Shown here: positions 51,374 to 62,885 of the stretch, piece after piece
Layout of the letters: each line of letters begins with the position of its first letter
How positions within the stretch are numbered: position 1 is the stretch's first letter
From: Gemmatimonadota bacterium
Lineage (GTDB): Bacteria > Gemmatimonadota > Gemmatimonadetes > Gemmatimonadales > GWC2-71-9
Reading direction: 5' to 3'
Length of the DNA stretch: 64,000 nucleotides
Assembly: GCA_036679605.1 (NCBI GenBank)
Contig: JAZDCZ010000251.1
Location: 63,129 to 127,128, forward strand
Translations under genes and position numbers: made by a program
The notes under the pieces: model-generated
The model's database searches: none
Told to the model about the DNA's origin: nothing
What the model saw: only the letters and a program-made list of their open reading frames with translations

Positions 51374-52132
51374 TTATTCGAGGAACTTCTCAACCGCCTG
51401 CTTAAAATCCGGTGTCGATCTTGCAACCGCGTTCACTTGCGCGCCCAGAGAGATAGCTTCCTCGAAGGAACGGCCCTCAATCTCATATAGCTGTCGCTTG
51501 ATGAGCGCCAGGGCTGACCCACTAGCCCCCGCCAATCCGCTCAGAACTGCGTCAACCTGTTGATCGAATTGATCTCTCTCAACTACTCGCGAGACCAATC
51601 CCACGTTCATCGCCTCGGCTGCTGTCAGCAGACGTCCTGTCGCGACGAGATCGAAAGCCACTTTCTCGCCTACCGCGCGACGCAACATCGCCATTACCAT
51701 CGCAGGCACAAACCCTCTTTTAATCTCGGGATAGCCAAACGACGCGTCCTCGTGCGCTACGACCAAATCGCACGCAGTAGCGAGCCCACAGCCGCCTGCC
51801 AGTGCGCGTCCCTGCGCTACGGCGACAACGACCTTCGGCAGCCGGCGCATGGCTAGGAATACGTCACCCAGGTGCTGTGCGTTTGCGCTGTTCTCGGCGG
51901 CGGTCTTGTCGACCGACTCTAGTAGTTCGGCCAGATCGGCACCAGCGCAGAAATCTTTGCCGGCACCGCGTATCGCGACGAGGCGCACATTCTTGTCCAG
52001 GTCGGCCCGTTCCAACTGCTCCCATAGAGCATCCACCATGGCCGTATCCATGGCGTTTCGCTTGTCAGGGCGGTCGAGCGTAAGTGTCAGGACTCCATCG
52101 GCCAGCCCCACAGCGAGCCTACTGGCCGACAC
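51374..52132 (-). CDS. Enoyl-CoA hydratase/isomerase (methylglutaconyl-CoA hydratase-like)
   Basis: DRPDKRNA, FCAGADL, ALAGGCGLATACD, FGYPE. Confidence 0.9.
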   Translation of the reverse strand: MSASRLAVGLADGVLTLTLDRPDKRNAMDTAMVDALWEQLERADLDKNVRLVAIRGAGKDFCAGADLAELLESVDKTAAENSANAQHLGDVFLAMRRLPKVVVAVAQGRALAGGCGLATACDLVVAHEDASFGYPEIKRGFVPAMVMAMLRRAVGEKVAFDLVATGRLLTAAEAMNVGLVSRVVERDQFDQQVDAVLSGLAGASGSALALIKRQLYEIEGRSFEEAISLGAQVNAVARSTPDFKQAVEKFLE

Positions 52133-52460
52133 GCAATCCTCTGGGTACCTCGATCTCCATTCTTAGCAGCGCGGTCGAGAAGACCTTGCCCTGCGCGTCG
52201 GTCTTCAAGGAGAGAGTTCCACCCCCTCCCAACGCACCGTGTAGCAGGAAATTCAGAGCGTTCAGGTTCGGTAGCTCGTATCGTTCGACAGATCCTTTGA
52301 TCATGCCACGAAAGTGCCGAGCCACGCGTGCTGCAGTGACCTCCCGCACAAGGATAGGATAGTACTCGGCGCTTAGCGCTATCAGGCCGACGTTCGCCGT
52401 ATCGCCCTTGTCACCGCTCCGCGCATGCGCGAGTCGGACGAGTTGCATTTTCCGTCCCAT
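52119..52460 (-). CDS. AtuA-related small protein (C-terminal ferredoxin-like half)
   Basis: AHARSGDKGDTANVG..VERYELPNL.ALNF..DAQGK. Confidence 0.85.
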   Translation of the reverse strand: MGRKMQLVRLAHARSGDKGDTANVGLIALSAEYYPILVREVTAARVARHFRGMIKGSVERYELPNLNALNFLLHGALGGGGTLSLKTDAQGKVFSTALLRMEIEVPRGLRVGQ

Positions 52461-53825
52461 CTACTTCCTTATCTCCATTTTGGCACGAATCTCCTTCTTG
52501 GGAACCAGCGCCGGCCAGTACGCCACGATCGACTCTACCTTCGGCCGTCCACCGGCGAACCCGGTTACACTGGGAGGACCGTTGAGGATCAATGGGGCGA
52601 TCTCCCTGCTGAAGCGCTCGACGGGAGCGCGCTCTTTGGCACGCACTCCAACTCGCAACTGTACTTCCGGGATTTCGGGATCCGGCGGGCCGCTCAGTTT
52701 TCCGTGCGTAGCGTTCACACCGACCAGCTCAGTCAGCACTTCGTCAAACTCGAGCCCTAGTCGGTCCAGTCGTGCCCGCAGAATACGATCTGCTTTTCTG
52801 GCTTTCTTCACTGCGTCAGGCCACCCGTATACCAGCGTCCCGATGGCTTTGTAGCCCCACCCATATGAAATCGACACCTTCAAGAACTGAGTCGCCTTCG
52901 TACCTCGTACATTGGTGACCTGCACACGATCCCTGCCGGTTTGTTCGAGTGCTATGCTGCTAAAGTTTGCCACGCAGTCTGGCGTTATGTAGTTCTCGGG
53001 ATCGCCCATCTCGTAAACGAGTTGCTCGGTCACACTGGGCACAGTCACCCGTCCGCCAGTACCGTCGTGCTTTGTGACCACGAACCGTCCGTCTCGCTCG
53101 GCCTCGATGATGGGATAACCAGGGTCTTCCATGTGCGGAATGCGCTCCCAGTTGACCATGCAATTACCACCGCTGCACTGAGCACCGCACTCAATTATGT
53201 GACCCGCGACCGTACCCGCCGCCAGCTTGTTCCAATCCCTTCTGCCCCAGCCGAATTCGTGTATCATCGGTGCCAACGTAAGTCCCGTATCGGTTACTCG
53301 ACCCGTGATGATGATTCTTGCCCCAAGTTCGAGCGCCTTTAGGATCGGCCAGGCTCCGAGATATGCATTGGCGCTCTGAACATCGTTCCTGACCGACTCC
53401 AACGGTTCGCCGGTATCGAGGTTCGTGAATTCATGTCCGCGCTCCATCAACGCATCGAGCCGGTCCATGATGTCGTCACCTGTTACCACACCGATCTTCA
53501 ACCTACCCGCTAGCCCCTGCTCTCTTGCCGCTGCAAGCACTGCGTCAGCACATGCACTTGGGTTCACTCCACCGGCATTTGCGATTACACGCACTCGCCG
53601 TTTCAAGAGAGACGGCAGCAGCCTACCCATGAGGGGAACGAAATCCTTGGCATAGCCTAAGGAAGGATCGCGCGACCGCTGCTTTTGCATGATCGACATT
53701 GTGACTTCCGCCAGGTAGTCCAACATGAGGTAGTCGATCGGCCCACGTTCCACCTGGTGGACGGGTGCCTCGAGCCAATCACCCCAAAAGCCCTGGCCGG
53801 ATGCTATGCGAATCATCCGCCTCAC
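52461..53825 (-). CDS. Acyclic terpene utilization AtuA family protein (DUF1446)
   Basis: [46 protein letters not shown] overlap with the upstream gene. Confidence 0.9.
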   Translation of the reverse strand: MRRMIRIASGQGFWGDWLEAPVHQVERGPIDYLMLDYLAEVTMSIMQKQRSRDPSLGYAKDFVPLMGRLLPSLLKRRVRVIANAGGVNPSACADAVLAAAREQGLAGRLKIGVVTGDDIMDRLDALMERGHEFTNLDTGEPLESVRNDVQSANAYLGAWPILKALELGARIIITGRVTDTGLTLAPMIHEFGWGRRDWNKLAAGTVAGHIIECGAQCSGGNCMVNWERIPHMEDPGYPIIEAERDGRFVVTKHDGTGGRVTVPSVTEQLVYEMGDPENYITPDCVANFSSIALEQTGRDRVQVTNVRGTKATQFLKVSISYGWGYKAIGTLVYGWPDAVKKARKADRILRARLDRLGLEFDEVLTELVGVNATHGKLSGPPDPEIPEVQLRVGVRAKERAPVERFSREIAPLILNGPPSVTGFAGGRPKVESIVAYWPALVPKKEIRAKMEIRK

Positions 53826-56716
53826 TGGAACATCCTTTCGGGCACCGGACCATCGTGCGGCTTCGAACTTTTCCTGAACCAAGCAGGTCCCTGTCGAACC
53901 GATGCGGTGCCACTCGATGCGCTGGCCGATACCTCAACCAGTGGGCTGAACCCTTCTGGAATCGTGAGATCACCGAGCCATCCGGTTGCACTAACAGCTT
54001 TGGTCGATCCCGGTTCCAGCGATAGGCCGAACTCTTCGCTACTGTCGGCAAACATCAACGGTATCGCCTCCGGAAGAAGAAACGATATTCGGGCCTGCGC
54101 ATCCCACCGCTCGGGAGCTTCCAAATGCGCGTATGCAGGAACGAGTTCAATTCTCATATCGCCGTCGTATTCCAAGGAATCGAGTGCAACGGTCACACGG
54201 CCAAACGAATAGTTGAGAGGACCATCGGTCAACTTGGCACCAGTGGAGTCAAACACGGTCACGCCGAAATCGGTTACGGTGGTCCAGTACTCTCGCGCTA
54301 GCGTTACGTCGATAACCATGCGATCGGCCCACACTGGAGGGGCAACGTTTGCCGACGCAGCGTCGGATCGAGGTCCGCCAAGCGCAATCGATCTCGTGGC
54401 GCCAACAGTCCGGCCGGCAACTACGACGCCGACGCTCTCCTGGCCCGGGTTGGTCACCGTCGCCACCGGTCCATCGCCAAGTGCCGAAATACTGACTCGC
54501 GGTATTGACGCTTCAAATGAGTAGGTCAGGGCAGCAGCGGGAGGAGCAACCACAGTTGCTTCGTAGACACCCGGTATGAGATCCTGTACGGCCACATCTA
54601 TTGAAGCTGATCGCACATTGGCGTTGACCTCGACGCTACTCTTGCCGCGATGGGGTTGACCGTCGGGCTCGAACAGGTAGAGCGTTCCACCTAACGCACC
54701 GTCCTTAGCACTCATTCGCACCGATAAACCACCAGCGCCTTCAGGCACGGACAAGAAATAGCGCGCTAAATTGCCGGCACCCAGTGTCCCCTGTTTTCGA
54801 ACGGGCTTCGACAACGATTGCGCCACAACAACGGTGTTGGTAAGAGTAAACGAGGCACCAGCCATGGTATCACTCGCCGGTCGTCCCGAAACGGTGCCGA
54901 CATAGACTCCCGGTTCATCAAGTAACGCAGCATTATAACGAAGCGTCACGGTAAACGGCTCGCCTTCCGGTTCGACAACCGCGGGTGCGGTTATCCAGTC
55001 GGCGTCGCTCAAGAGTTCGATGCGTGCGGCAGGCTGGCCTCCGAGTGAGGTGACCACAAACCGCTGGATCGTGTCGGTCGGAGATCGCAATCCTTCGCGC
55101 CGGTACGCCGCTGAACCCCGGGAGCTGTTTCCTCCATCCTGCAGTGCGCGCACCGAGTACACTCCAGCCTGATGCGCTACCTGCAGCCAGCGAAATGCTG
55201 CGCTCAAGTTCGGGAGACCTGCACCAACGTCTAACCGCGTGCTACCCGCCGGCCGCTGTGCCGTATTGGTCAAAGAACGAATCACGTCAATGCCCCGTAC
55301 ATGCCTGCCCCTATGCAGCATTGCCGAACGAAGCAAAGCGGCTGCTCCGGCAATCTGCGGTGCCGCAAAGCTGGTCCCGGGTGAGATCTCGTCACCCGTA
55401 TTCCACGTAGGCACATTGGAATACGCAACTCCAGGTGCGCAGAGATCTGGCTTCTGCACTTCGGCTCCTCGCGCACTCCACCACGCCACAACATCTTGGC
55501 TTTGATCCATGTTGGATTCCGGACCGTTTGCAAACACTGCCGGAAACAACGCGCACACTGTCAGAGCGTTCTCGGCGGAGCCCGGGAAATCTACCGTTGA
55601 GAGTCCAGGTCCATCGTTTCCCGCCGCAATCACGAAAAGGATGTCGGGGTGCTTGAGAACAAACTCGTTCACGATAGAATCGATGGCTGCCGTGCCCTCG
55701 AACTCGTTCCCTACGCCAAAGCTAAGGTTTAGTACCAGCGGAAGACTTCGCTGCTGCGCGAAGTTGGCTGCATAGTTCATCGCCCTCAGCATACTACCGG
55801 TAACCGAGATGCTGCCGCGCGCGTTGTTCGAAATCTTGAGGCCAATGATTTGGGCGCCGGGGGCTACGCCGTCGAATCGGTCAACTCCGAACATCGAGTG
55901 ACCCGCTGCAATACCTGCCACTCTCGTACCGTGACTAGAGTTGTCGAAGAAGAAACTGAGGATCGGACGACCGTCGACCTCGGTCAGATTAACAGCCAAG
56001 GTCATCGGGGGTGCTCTATTGGACAGTGCAGGAACGCTGTATGAAAACGTCTCGTGACCTATCGCGTAATCTCTGATAGGCGACTCATCGGCAATGGAGC
56101 CATCTGCATCGGTATCGGTGACAACTATCCATCCCGCACTGCTCTTTGCCACAACTACAGGGAACGAATCTGTAATGCTTCCATTCCCATTGATGTCGGC
56201 TGCCGGTGGTCTGCCGAGCGGCAACTCTTGGAATACGCCACCGTAGTAGGGCTTGGACGCCAGTCGGGCGAGTCGACCAAAGCCAGAGACAGTGCGACTC
56301 CCGACCTTCACGGTATCGCCGTCTACCTCAAGCAGGTCCAATTTGATCCTGCCCTCACCCGAAAAGTCACGGAGGTCGATGATTTTCGGCAGACCTGTTG
56401 ATGTTCGCGACAGTCCTGGCAAGCCCGGGTCAACTCCGCTGTCCAGAATTCCAATCACCACGCCACGGCCATCGTCCTCCGGATGAGCCACTAGAAATGT
56501 GTCTATGCCCATCGTTCTAAGAGGCAACAACCCTGCAAGCATTGCAATGCGCGGAGGCAGAACCGGGTCCGAACGTTGTGTCAGGACAACGACTGAAGCT
56601 CCAGAATCGTGACCGATCGGGCTGGAAGCTGGGCTCTGCGATGTTTGGTGTCCTGGAACAGCACTCGAAGCCGCACATCCCGTCACGAAAACGAGCAGGT
56701 TGACGGAAGACTTCAT
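53822..56716 (-). CDS. S8 serine peptidase, tripeptidyl-peptidase II-like; possible lipoprotein
   Basis: [50 protein letters not shown] lipobox-like. Confidence 0.88.
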   Translation of the reverse strand: MKSSVNLLVFVTGCAASSAVPGHQTSQSPASSPIGHDSGASVVVLTQRSDPVLPPRIAMLAGLLPLRTMGIDTFLVAHPEDDGRGVVIGILDSGVDPGLPGLSRTSTGLPKIIDLRDFSGEGRIKLDLLEVDGDTVKVGSRTVSGFGRLARLASKPYYGGVFQELPLGRPPAADINGNGSITDSFPVVVAKSSAGWIVVTDTDADGSIADESPIRDYAIGHETFSYSVPALSNRAPPMTLAVNLTEVDGRPILSFFFDNSSHGTRVAGIAAGHSMFGVDRFDGVAPGAQIIGLKISNNARGSISVTGSMLRAMNYAANFAQQRSLPLVLNLSFGVGNEFEGTAAIDSIVNEFVLKHPDILFVIAAGNDGPGLSTVDFPGSAENALTVCALFPAVFANGPESNMDQSQDVVAWWSARGAEVQKPDLCAPGVAYSNVPTWNTGDEISPGTSFAAPQIAGAAALLRSAMLHRGRHVRGIDVIRSLTNTAQRPAGSTRLDVGAGLPNLSAAFRWLQVAHQAGVYSVRALQDGGNSSRGSAAYRREGLRSPTDTIQRFVVTSLGGQPAARIELLSDADWITAPAVVEPEGEPFTVTLRYNAALLDEPGVYVGTVSGRPASDTMAGASFTLTNTVVVAQSLSKPVRKQGTLGAGNLARYFLSVPEGAGGLSVRMSAKDGALGGTLYLFEPDGQPHRGKSSVEVNANVRSASIDVAVQDLIPGVYEATVVAPPAAALTYSFEASIPRVSISALGDGPVATVTNPGQESVGVVVAGRTVGATRSIALGGPRSDAASANVAPPVWADRMVIDVTLAREYWTTVTDFGVTVFDSTGAKLTDGPLNYSFGRVTVALDSLEYDGDMRIELVPAYAHLEAPERWDAQARISFLLPEAIPLMFADSSEEFGLSLEPGSTKAVSATGWLGDLTIPEGFSPLVEVSASASSGTASVRQGPAWFRKSSKPHDGPVPERMFQ

Positions 56717-58305
56717 TGGTCGCAGTAGTCCATCGGAGGTAGCACGAAGGTACCGACGTGCGGACCGGGATAGTTGCTTGCGACGGAGAGAGCAAATCCT
56801 AATATCCGACGTGTGTCCTCGGGGACAACTATTGCGTCCACAAAGCCCCGTGCTCCGGCGTACTTCGCATCGAGTTGATGTTCGTAGTTGCTGCGCATCT
56901 TCTCAACACGGTCACTCACGTCGGGATCTTTACTTCGATCTCCAAATACAGCGCTGACAGCGGAATCACCTTCCATCACACCCATCCGGCCCGTTGGCCA
57001 GGTGAAGATGAAGTCGGGGTCGAACCCCTGGCCCGCCATTGCATAATATCCAGCGCCGGATGCGTGGTTCACCGTTATGACGATCTTCGGCACGACAGCG
57101 CACGCCATCGCTTCAACAAACCGCGCTCCGGCCCTAATGATGCCCGAATGTTCGGCCTCAGGTCCCACCATGAACCCGCTGACATCTTGTACGAACAGCA
57201 GCGGTATACGCTCTCGACTAGCGGTCTCAATAAAGTATGCAACCTTCTCCGCACTCTCGGTGTAAACGATGCCTCCAGCCCTTTGCAACTCGTCGCCCTT
57301 ACCCTTGATGAGACCCCGTTGGTTCGCTATGACCGCGACCACATGCCCTTCAACCTTACAATGTCCGCAAATCATCTCCTTGGCCACGTCGGGCTGGAAT
57401 TCCACAAGGCCGTCGCCATCCAGAATACAATCGAGTACGGCGCGCATATCGTAGGCCATTCTGTGATCGCGCGGAAAAATGTCATACAGTTCAGCTGGAA
57501 CGTGCGTTGGTGGAATGGCTTCACGCGTAGGTTTCTTAATCGGCGTTGGGAGACGCGAGATATATTCTCTAATGTCGTTCAGGCACTCCGAATCGTTGCG
57601 GGACCGATAGTGTGCTACGGCGCTCTTCGCGGTGTGCGTGACCGCTCCTCCCAACTCCTCTGAGTCGACTTGCTGGCCGGTCGCTCCTTGGACAAGGTTA
57701 GCGCCGCCGAGCCCCATAAACGACGTGCCCTCGACCATGAAGATTAGGTCGGATAGTGCGGGCAGGTATGCGCCACCGGCTACACATTGTCCCATGACGG
57801 CGCTGATCTGCGGCACGTGCAGATATCTTCGCATAATGGAGTTGTAATAGAAAATTCGCGCTGCACCGTATTGGCCCGGGAACACTCCATCCTGATAGGG
57901 AAGATTTACACCCGCAGAGTCCACCAGATAGATGATCGGGATCCGTTGCCGCATAGCGATCTCCTGCGCGCGCAGGATTTTCTTGATCGTCTCGGGCCAC
58001 CATGCGCCGGCCTTCACAGTAGCGTCGTTCGCTACCACCACCACTTCCCGTCCCGCCACTACACCGACTCCGGTTATCACACCCGCCCCCGGCGCCTGCC
58101 CGTCGTATAGGTCGTAGGCTACCAACAGCCCGACCTCGAGCCACGGCGCTTCGGGATCGACCAGCGCATCCACGCGCTCGCGGGCTGTGAGTTTACCTTG
58201 CTCGTGCTGACGGCGGATCTTCTCCGCGCCTCCACCCTGCTCGAGTAATTGGACCAGCTCGCGATACTCTTCCGTGAGTTCGCGGAGACGCCCATCAGAG
58301 GTCAC
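56713..58305 (-). CDS. Acyl-CoA carboxylase carboxyltransferase subunit (MCC-beta-like)
   Basis: GKLTARERV, ANDATVKAG, GQCVAGGAY, QDVSGFMVG. Confidence 0.92.
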   Translation of the reverse strand: MTSDGRLRELTEEYRELVQLLEQGGGAEKIRRQHEQGKLTARERVDALVDPEAPWLEVGLLVAYDLYDGQAPGAGVITGVGVVAGREVVVVANDATVKAGAWWPETIKKILRAQEIAMRQRIPIIYLVDSAGVNLPYQDGVFPGQYGAARIFYYNSIMRRYLHVPQISAVMGQCVAGGAYLPALSDLIFMVEGTSFMGLGGANLVQGATGQQVDSEELGGAVTHTAKSAVAHYRSRNDSECLNDIREYISRLPTPIKKPTREAIPPTHVPAELYDIFPRDHRMAYDMRAVLDCILDGDGLVEFQPDVAKEMICGHCKVEGHVVAVIANQRGLIKGKGDELQRAGGIVYTESAEKVAYFIETASRERIPLLFVQDVSGFMVGPEAEHSGIIRAGARFVEAMACAVVPKIVITVNHASGAGYYAMAGQGFDPDFIFTWPTGRMGVMEGDSAVSAVFGDRSKDPDVSDRVEKMRSNYEHQLDAKYAGARGFVDAIVVPEDTRRILGFALSVASNYPGPHVGTFVLPPMDYCDQ

Positions 58306-58320
58306 CGCAACTCACCTCGC

Positions 58321-58755
58321 TCAACGGCCCTCGAACCACGTGGTTATGTACTCGATGATTTCTTGCGTGGAGGTCCCGGGACCAAACAGTTTTGCTATTC
58401 CCCTATCGTGCAACGCGTCGGTATCGTCCTTGGAAATGATTCCGCCGCCGATGATGAGGATGTCGTCGCGCTCCTGCTCAGCCAGTAGATCCTTGACCCG
58501 AGGCATCAAGGTCATATGAGCACCCGACAGGATCGACAGGCCGATAACATCCACATCCTCCTGTACTGCGGCCGTTACGATCATTTCGGGCGTCTGGTGA
58601 AGTCCGGTATAGATGACCTCCATACCTGCGTCGCGGAGGCCCGCAGCCACCACCTTGGCTCCCCGATCGTGGCCGTCTAGTCCGGGCTTGCCAATGAGCA
58701 CACGGATCGGACGTGACAGACCGTCGGTGTCGGCGGGATTCTTGCTTGTAACCAT
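58321..58755 (-). CDS. Acyl-CoA mutase small (cobalamin-binding) subunit
   Basis: [12 protein letters not shown] (DxHxxG), SILSGAH, GGII. Confidence 0.95.
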   Translation of the reverse strand: MVTSKNPADTDGLSRPIRVLIGKPGLDGHDRGAKVVAAGLRDAGMEVIYTGLHQTPEMIVTAAVQEDVDVIGLSILSGAHMTLMPRVKDLLAEQERDDILIIGGGIISKDDTDALHDRGIAKLFGPGTSTQEIIEYITTWFEGR

Positions 58756-58845
58756 TGTGGGGTGAAGCTAGCGCCCTATGATTGGTGAAACAAGTTGTTT
58801 CGAGCTACTCAGGGCTTCTGCGTCGGCCTCATTCGAGTGCTCCCT

Positions 58846-60462
58846 CTAGAAGAACACGGGCTCGCGGTACGCGCCATAGACCTCCTCGAGGACACTTCGG
58901 ATCTCGAACAATGTGCAGTACGCGCGTGCGCAGTCGAGCATCGAGGGAATGACATTCTCGTCACTCTGCGCGGCGTCTTTCATGACCTCGAGGCAGCGCT
59001 GGACCCGCTCACTGTCTCTCTGCTCGCGCATCGCACCGAGACGCCTCGCCTGAGTGACCGTTGCCTCATCGCTGACCTTCAATATTTCGACCTCGTGATC
59101 GTCTTCTTCAACGAACTCGTTCACACCCACCACGATTCGTCGACGCTGCTCGACTTCGTGTTGCATTCGCATTGAGCTTTGAGCAATCTGTCTTTGGAAC
59201 CAGCCCGACTCTATCCCCTTAACGACTCCCCCAATCTTGTCGATCTCGGAGAAGAGAGCCTCTGCCCCTTGCTCCATTTGATTCGTGAGTGACTCCACGA
59301 AATACGATCCGCCTAATGGGTCGGCTACGTTAGTTACACCTGTCTCGTACGCCAATATTTGCTGTGTGCGGAGGGCGAGCTTGACAGCTCCTTCGGTCGG
59401 CAAAGCGAGGGTCTCGTCTAGAGAATTAGTGTGAAGCGATTGCGCACCGGACAAGACCGCAGCCATCGCCTGGTATGCAACTCTCACAACATTGTTCATC
59501 GGTTGTTGCGCCGTTAGCGACACCCCTGCTGTCTGGCAATGGAACCGCATCGTTGTCGACCGTGGGTCGGTGGCGCCATAGCGGTGCCGCATGTGCCGAG
59601 CCCAGATTCGCCTGGCAGCCCGCATCTTAGCAATTTCTTCGAAGAAGTCGCTGTGGACGTCCCAGAAAAAGGATAGCCGTCCCGCAAACGTATCGACATC
59701 CAGCTCATGAGCTATGCCTCGCTCGACGTATTCGAATCCGTTCGCCAGTGTAAAGGCCAACTCTTGAACCGCTGTCGCTCCGGCCTCACGAATATGGTAG
59801 CCGCTGATCGATACCGTATTCCAAAGCGGCGTGTGCTCCGCTGACCACTCAAAGAGGTCTACTATGACCTTGAGCGCCGGCTCGACGGGAAAGACCCAGG
59901 CATGCTGGGCCATGTATTCCTTGAGGATGTCGTTCTGAATGGTGCCACGCAACTGCGATATGTCCACGCCCTGTCGCTCCGCAGCCGCCACATAAAAACA
60001 AAACAACATGGCGGCGGGTCCGTTTATCGTCATCGACGTCGAGACCTTGTCCATCGGTATTCCCTCGAACAATGTCTCCATGTCGGCCAACGACGAGATT
60101 GCGACGCCACATTTGCCGACCTCACCCTCCGATCGAGCGTGGTCAGAATCGTAGCCCATCAGAGTCGGGAAATCGAAGGCGACAGATAGTCCTGTCTGAC
60201 CCCGCTCGAGCAAGAACTTATACCTGGCGTTCGTGTCTTCCGCCGTACCGAACCCTGCGAACTGCCGCATCGTCCACAACCTGCCTCGGTACATCGTTTC
60301 GTGAATGCCACGTGTGAACGGATAACTTCCAGGAGATCCCAGTTGCTCATCAGGATCGAAGCCGGCAAGATGGTCTCGGGTATACAGTGGTTCTAGCTCG
60401 GAAGAGCCCGACGACCCAAAGTCGATATTCCGACGCCACTGTTTGGCCGCACTATTCTCCAT
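58846..60462 (-). CDS. Acyl-CoA mutase large subunit (MCM family, isobutyryl-CoA mutase-like residues)
   Basis: YPFTRGI..WTMRQFAGFG, QNDILKEYMAQ, ISGYHIREAG, QSLHTNSLDE. Confidence 0.92.
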   Translation of the reverse strand: MENSAAKQWRRNIDFGSSGSSELEPLYTRDHLAGFDPDEQLGSPGSYPFTRGIHETMYRGRLWTMRQFAGFGTAEDTNARYKFLLERGQTGLSVAFDFPTLMGYDSDHARSEGEVGKCGVAISSLADMETLFEGIPMDKVSTSMTINGPAAMLFCFYVAAAERQGVDISQLRGTIQNDILKEYMAQHAWVFPVEPALKVIVDLFEWSAEHTPLWNTVSISGYHIREAGATAVQELAFTLANGFEYVERGIAHELDVDTFAGRLSFFWDVHSDFFEEIAKMRAARRIWARHMRHRYGATDPRSTTMRFHCQTAGVSLTAQQPMNNVVRVAYQAMAAVLSGAQSLHTNSLDETLALPTEGAVKLALRTQQILAYETGVTNVADPLGGSYFVESLTNQMEQGAEALFSEIDKIGGVVKGIESGWFQRQIAQSSMRMQHEVEQRRRIVVGVNEFVEEDDHEVEILKVSDEATVTQARRLGAMREQRDSERVQRCLEVMKDAAQSDENVIPSMLDCARAYCTLFEIRSVLEEVYGAYREPVFF

Positions 60463-61525
60463 GGTCTAAACCACCTTTTCTGAGTCCTGCCACTATCTCT
60501 TCAGCAAGTTTATAGGGACTCGCAGTTCCCCGCTCTATTCTCTCCATTCCAGCGTCCAGAACCTCCTCACCCTTCCCCCTGCGCCACACCAGCGTGCTGA
60601 GTGCCCTTTCAACCACATCGCGAGTGTGCTGCCTCAGACGTACAACTCGGCGCGCCTCGAGTTCTCCACTATCCAACAAGAACGCGCGGTGTGCGTTCAA
60701 GGCTTCAACCAGTTCGTCCGTTCCCTCGCCATTGATCGCCGACGTTGTCAGAGTCGGAGGAACCCACCCATGCTTCACCGCAGTCTTTTTTGGCTCGGAT
60801 ATCGGCCCGACACCAGCGTGATGCTGAGTCGGATCTATCATAGAACCTCTTTGAAGATCTAGCATCACGATCAGCTCCTGAACGAGCCGATCAGCGCCGG
60901 GTCTATCCGCTTTGTTCACAACGTAGAGATCGGCGATCTCCATTACACCCGCCTTCAACACCTGGACTCCATCTCCAGATTCGGGCACCAGAACCAGCAC
61001 GGCCGAATCAGCGCTGGCCGCGATCGCAATCTCGGCCTGACCGACCCCTACAGTCTCTATGAGGATGCGGTCGAATCCGAAGGCGTCGAGCACGTCGCAC
61101 ACCTCACGACTGCTCGTCGCCAGTCCACCCGCGGCACCTCGGGCCGCCATGGATCTTATATAGACACCTGGGTCAAGCGTAAGCGATTCCATCCGAATAC
61201 GATCTCCCAGTAGCGCGCCTCCGCTGAACGGACTCGTGGGATCGACTGCGACAACCGCCACCTTATCACCCAAGTCTCGGAAACGCTGTACCAGTCGCTC
61301 CACCAGAGTAGACTTCCCGGCACCCGGAGGACCTGTTACTCCGATGCGATGGGCACGGCCCACCAGAGGGTGCAGTTCAGACAGCAACCGCTCATAGCCG
61401 TCACTCCCATTCTCCACCAACGTGACGGCCTTGGCCAAGGACGCGACTTTGCCCTCTTTGATGCCCGCCAACAAGTCGCTTGCGCTCACTACAGAAGAAT
61501 GGTTGGCTGAAGTGATGTTTGGCAA
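60452..61525 (-). CDS. meaB: MeaB/ArgK GTPase chaperone
   Basis: GVTGPPGAGKSTL, AVDPTSPFSGGALLGDRIRM, ETVGVGQ, NKAD. Confidence 0.95.
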   Translation of the reverse strand: MPNITSANHSSVVSASDLLAGIKEGKVASLAKAVTLVENGSDGYERLLSELHPLVGRAHRIGVTGPPGAGKSTLVERLVQRFRDLGDKVAVVAVDPTSPFSGGALLGDRIRMESLTLDPGVYIRSMAARGAAGGLATSSREVCDVLDAFGFDRILIETVGVGQAEIAIAASADSAVLVLVPESGDGVQVLKAGVMEIADLYVVNKADRPGADRLVQELIVMLDLQRGSMIDPTQHHAGVGPISEPKKTAVKHGWVPPTLTTSAINGEGTDELVEALNAHRAFLLDSGELEARRVVRLRQHTRDVVERALSTLVWRRGKGEEVLDAGMERIERGTASPYKLAEEIVAGLRKGGLDHGE

Positions 61526-61532
61526 GAAATCG

Positions 61533-62885
61533 CTATACCCCGGGAAGGAGCAGAACTGCCGCTAGGCCCAGCAGCAAACTGAATCCGAACACATCGGTGA
61601 GCGTGGTTACAAAGACCGAACTGGCGACTGCAGGGTCCACTCCAATCCTCTGCAAGAGTAACGGAATCGCGGCCCCGGCCGCGGTGCCGAGCACCAGATT
61701 GCCCCACATTGCAAGCGTTACGACTAGTCCCAGTTGCCATCCCTGCCCCCCTAATACAGCAGCAACCAGCCCAACCGGGATCCCAACTGCTATTCCATTG
61801 AGCAGGCCGACGAGCAATTCCTTGCCGATCACTGTCCAGCGCGCACGGCCCGCCGGGATCATTCCGACCGCTATCCGGCGAACCGTGATTGCCAGGGCCT
61901 GGGTCCCCGCGTTTCCTCCCATTCCTGCAATAATGGGCATCATTACCGCCAGTAATGATACCCGGATTATCATATCTTGAAAGAAATAAACTACTGCGGC
62001 TGCCAAGAACGCGGTCAATAGATTGAGAGTGAGCCACGGCAACCGGTTGCGCACCGCTTGGTGCCATGTGCCCGCCAACTCTTCTTCAGGCGGCGCACCA
62101 CCAAACTTGAGGATGTCCTCTGTGGTCTCCTTCTCCATTACATCCATCACATCGTCGAAGGTCACTCGTCCCAACAATTTTCCAAAGTGGCTCACCACGG
62201 GTACTGCAGGCACATTGTATCGCGCGATCAACTGAGCAACCTGTTCTTGATCTAGATCTGCAGTCACAGTCGGGAGCGGAGGTTCCATGATGCTCCGGAC
62301 CACCGTCACAGGGTCGGAAACAATGAGGTTCTGGAAAGGAAGAATTCCCACGAGTTTGAACGTGTCGTCCACACAATAGATCTGATAGAACTCCTCGGCA
62401 TCGGCTGCTTGCTCGCGAATCGCTTCGATTGCGGCCTCGACTGTCGCGGTATCTAGAACTGTGACGACGGCCGTCGTCATCTTCCCGCCAGCCGTATCCT
62501 CGTCGTAACCCAAGAGGCGCTCGATATCGGCCCGGTCGGCAACGGAGGCGAGGATCCGCGCCGCCTTATCCGCAGGGAGTTCAGCGATGAGATCTACGGC
62601 ATCATCGTCGGCCAGCTCGTCTACTATGTCGGCCGCTTTCTCAGAGGGCAGCGCCGCCAGGACCGCCTCGGGATGCTCCTCGTCGTCCATTTCGGCCAAC
62701 GCATCGGAGACGATGCTCACCGGCAACGTTTGGACGAGCCTGAGTTGGGTCTCGCCATCGAGAGATGCTAGCACGTCGGAAAGATCCGAGGGGTGAAGAC
62801 CACGCGCCTTTGCAAGGAAACGAGCAACGTCGCCCTGCATGGCCAACTGACGAAGCTCTTCCTGATACTCCAGACCCTCGTTCAC
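61533..62885 (-). CDS. mgtE: Magnesium transporter MgtE
   Basis: Acidic N domain, CBS pair, RLPWL, GMGGNAGTQ, DPAVAS..TTLTDV. Confidence 0.95.
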   Translation of the reverse strand: MNEGLEYQEELRQLAMQGDVARFLAKARGLHPSDLSDVLASLDGETQLRLVQTLPVSIVSDALAEMDDEEHPEAVLAALPSEKAADIVDELADDDAVDLIAELPADKAARILASVADRADIERLLGYDEDTAGGKMTTAVVTVLDTATVEAAIEAIREQAADAEEFYQIYCVDDTFKLVGILPFQNLIVSDPVTVVRSIMEPPLPTVTADLDQEQVAQLIARYNVPAVPVVSHFGKLLGRVTFDDVMDVMEKETTEDILKFGGAPPEEELAGTWHQAVRNRLPWLTLNLLTAFLAAAVVYFFQDMIIRVSLLAVMMPIIAGMGGNAGTQALAITVRRIAVGMIPAGRARWTVIGKELLVGLLNGIAVGIPVGLVAAVLGGQGWQLGLVVTLAMWGNLVLGTAAGAAIPLLLQRIGVDPAVASSVFVTTLTDVFGFSLLLGLAAVLLLPGV

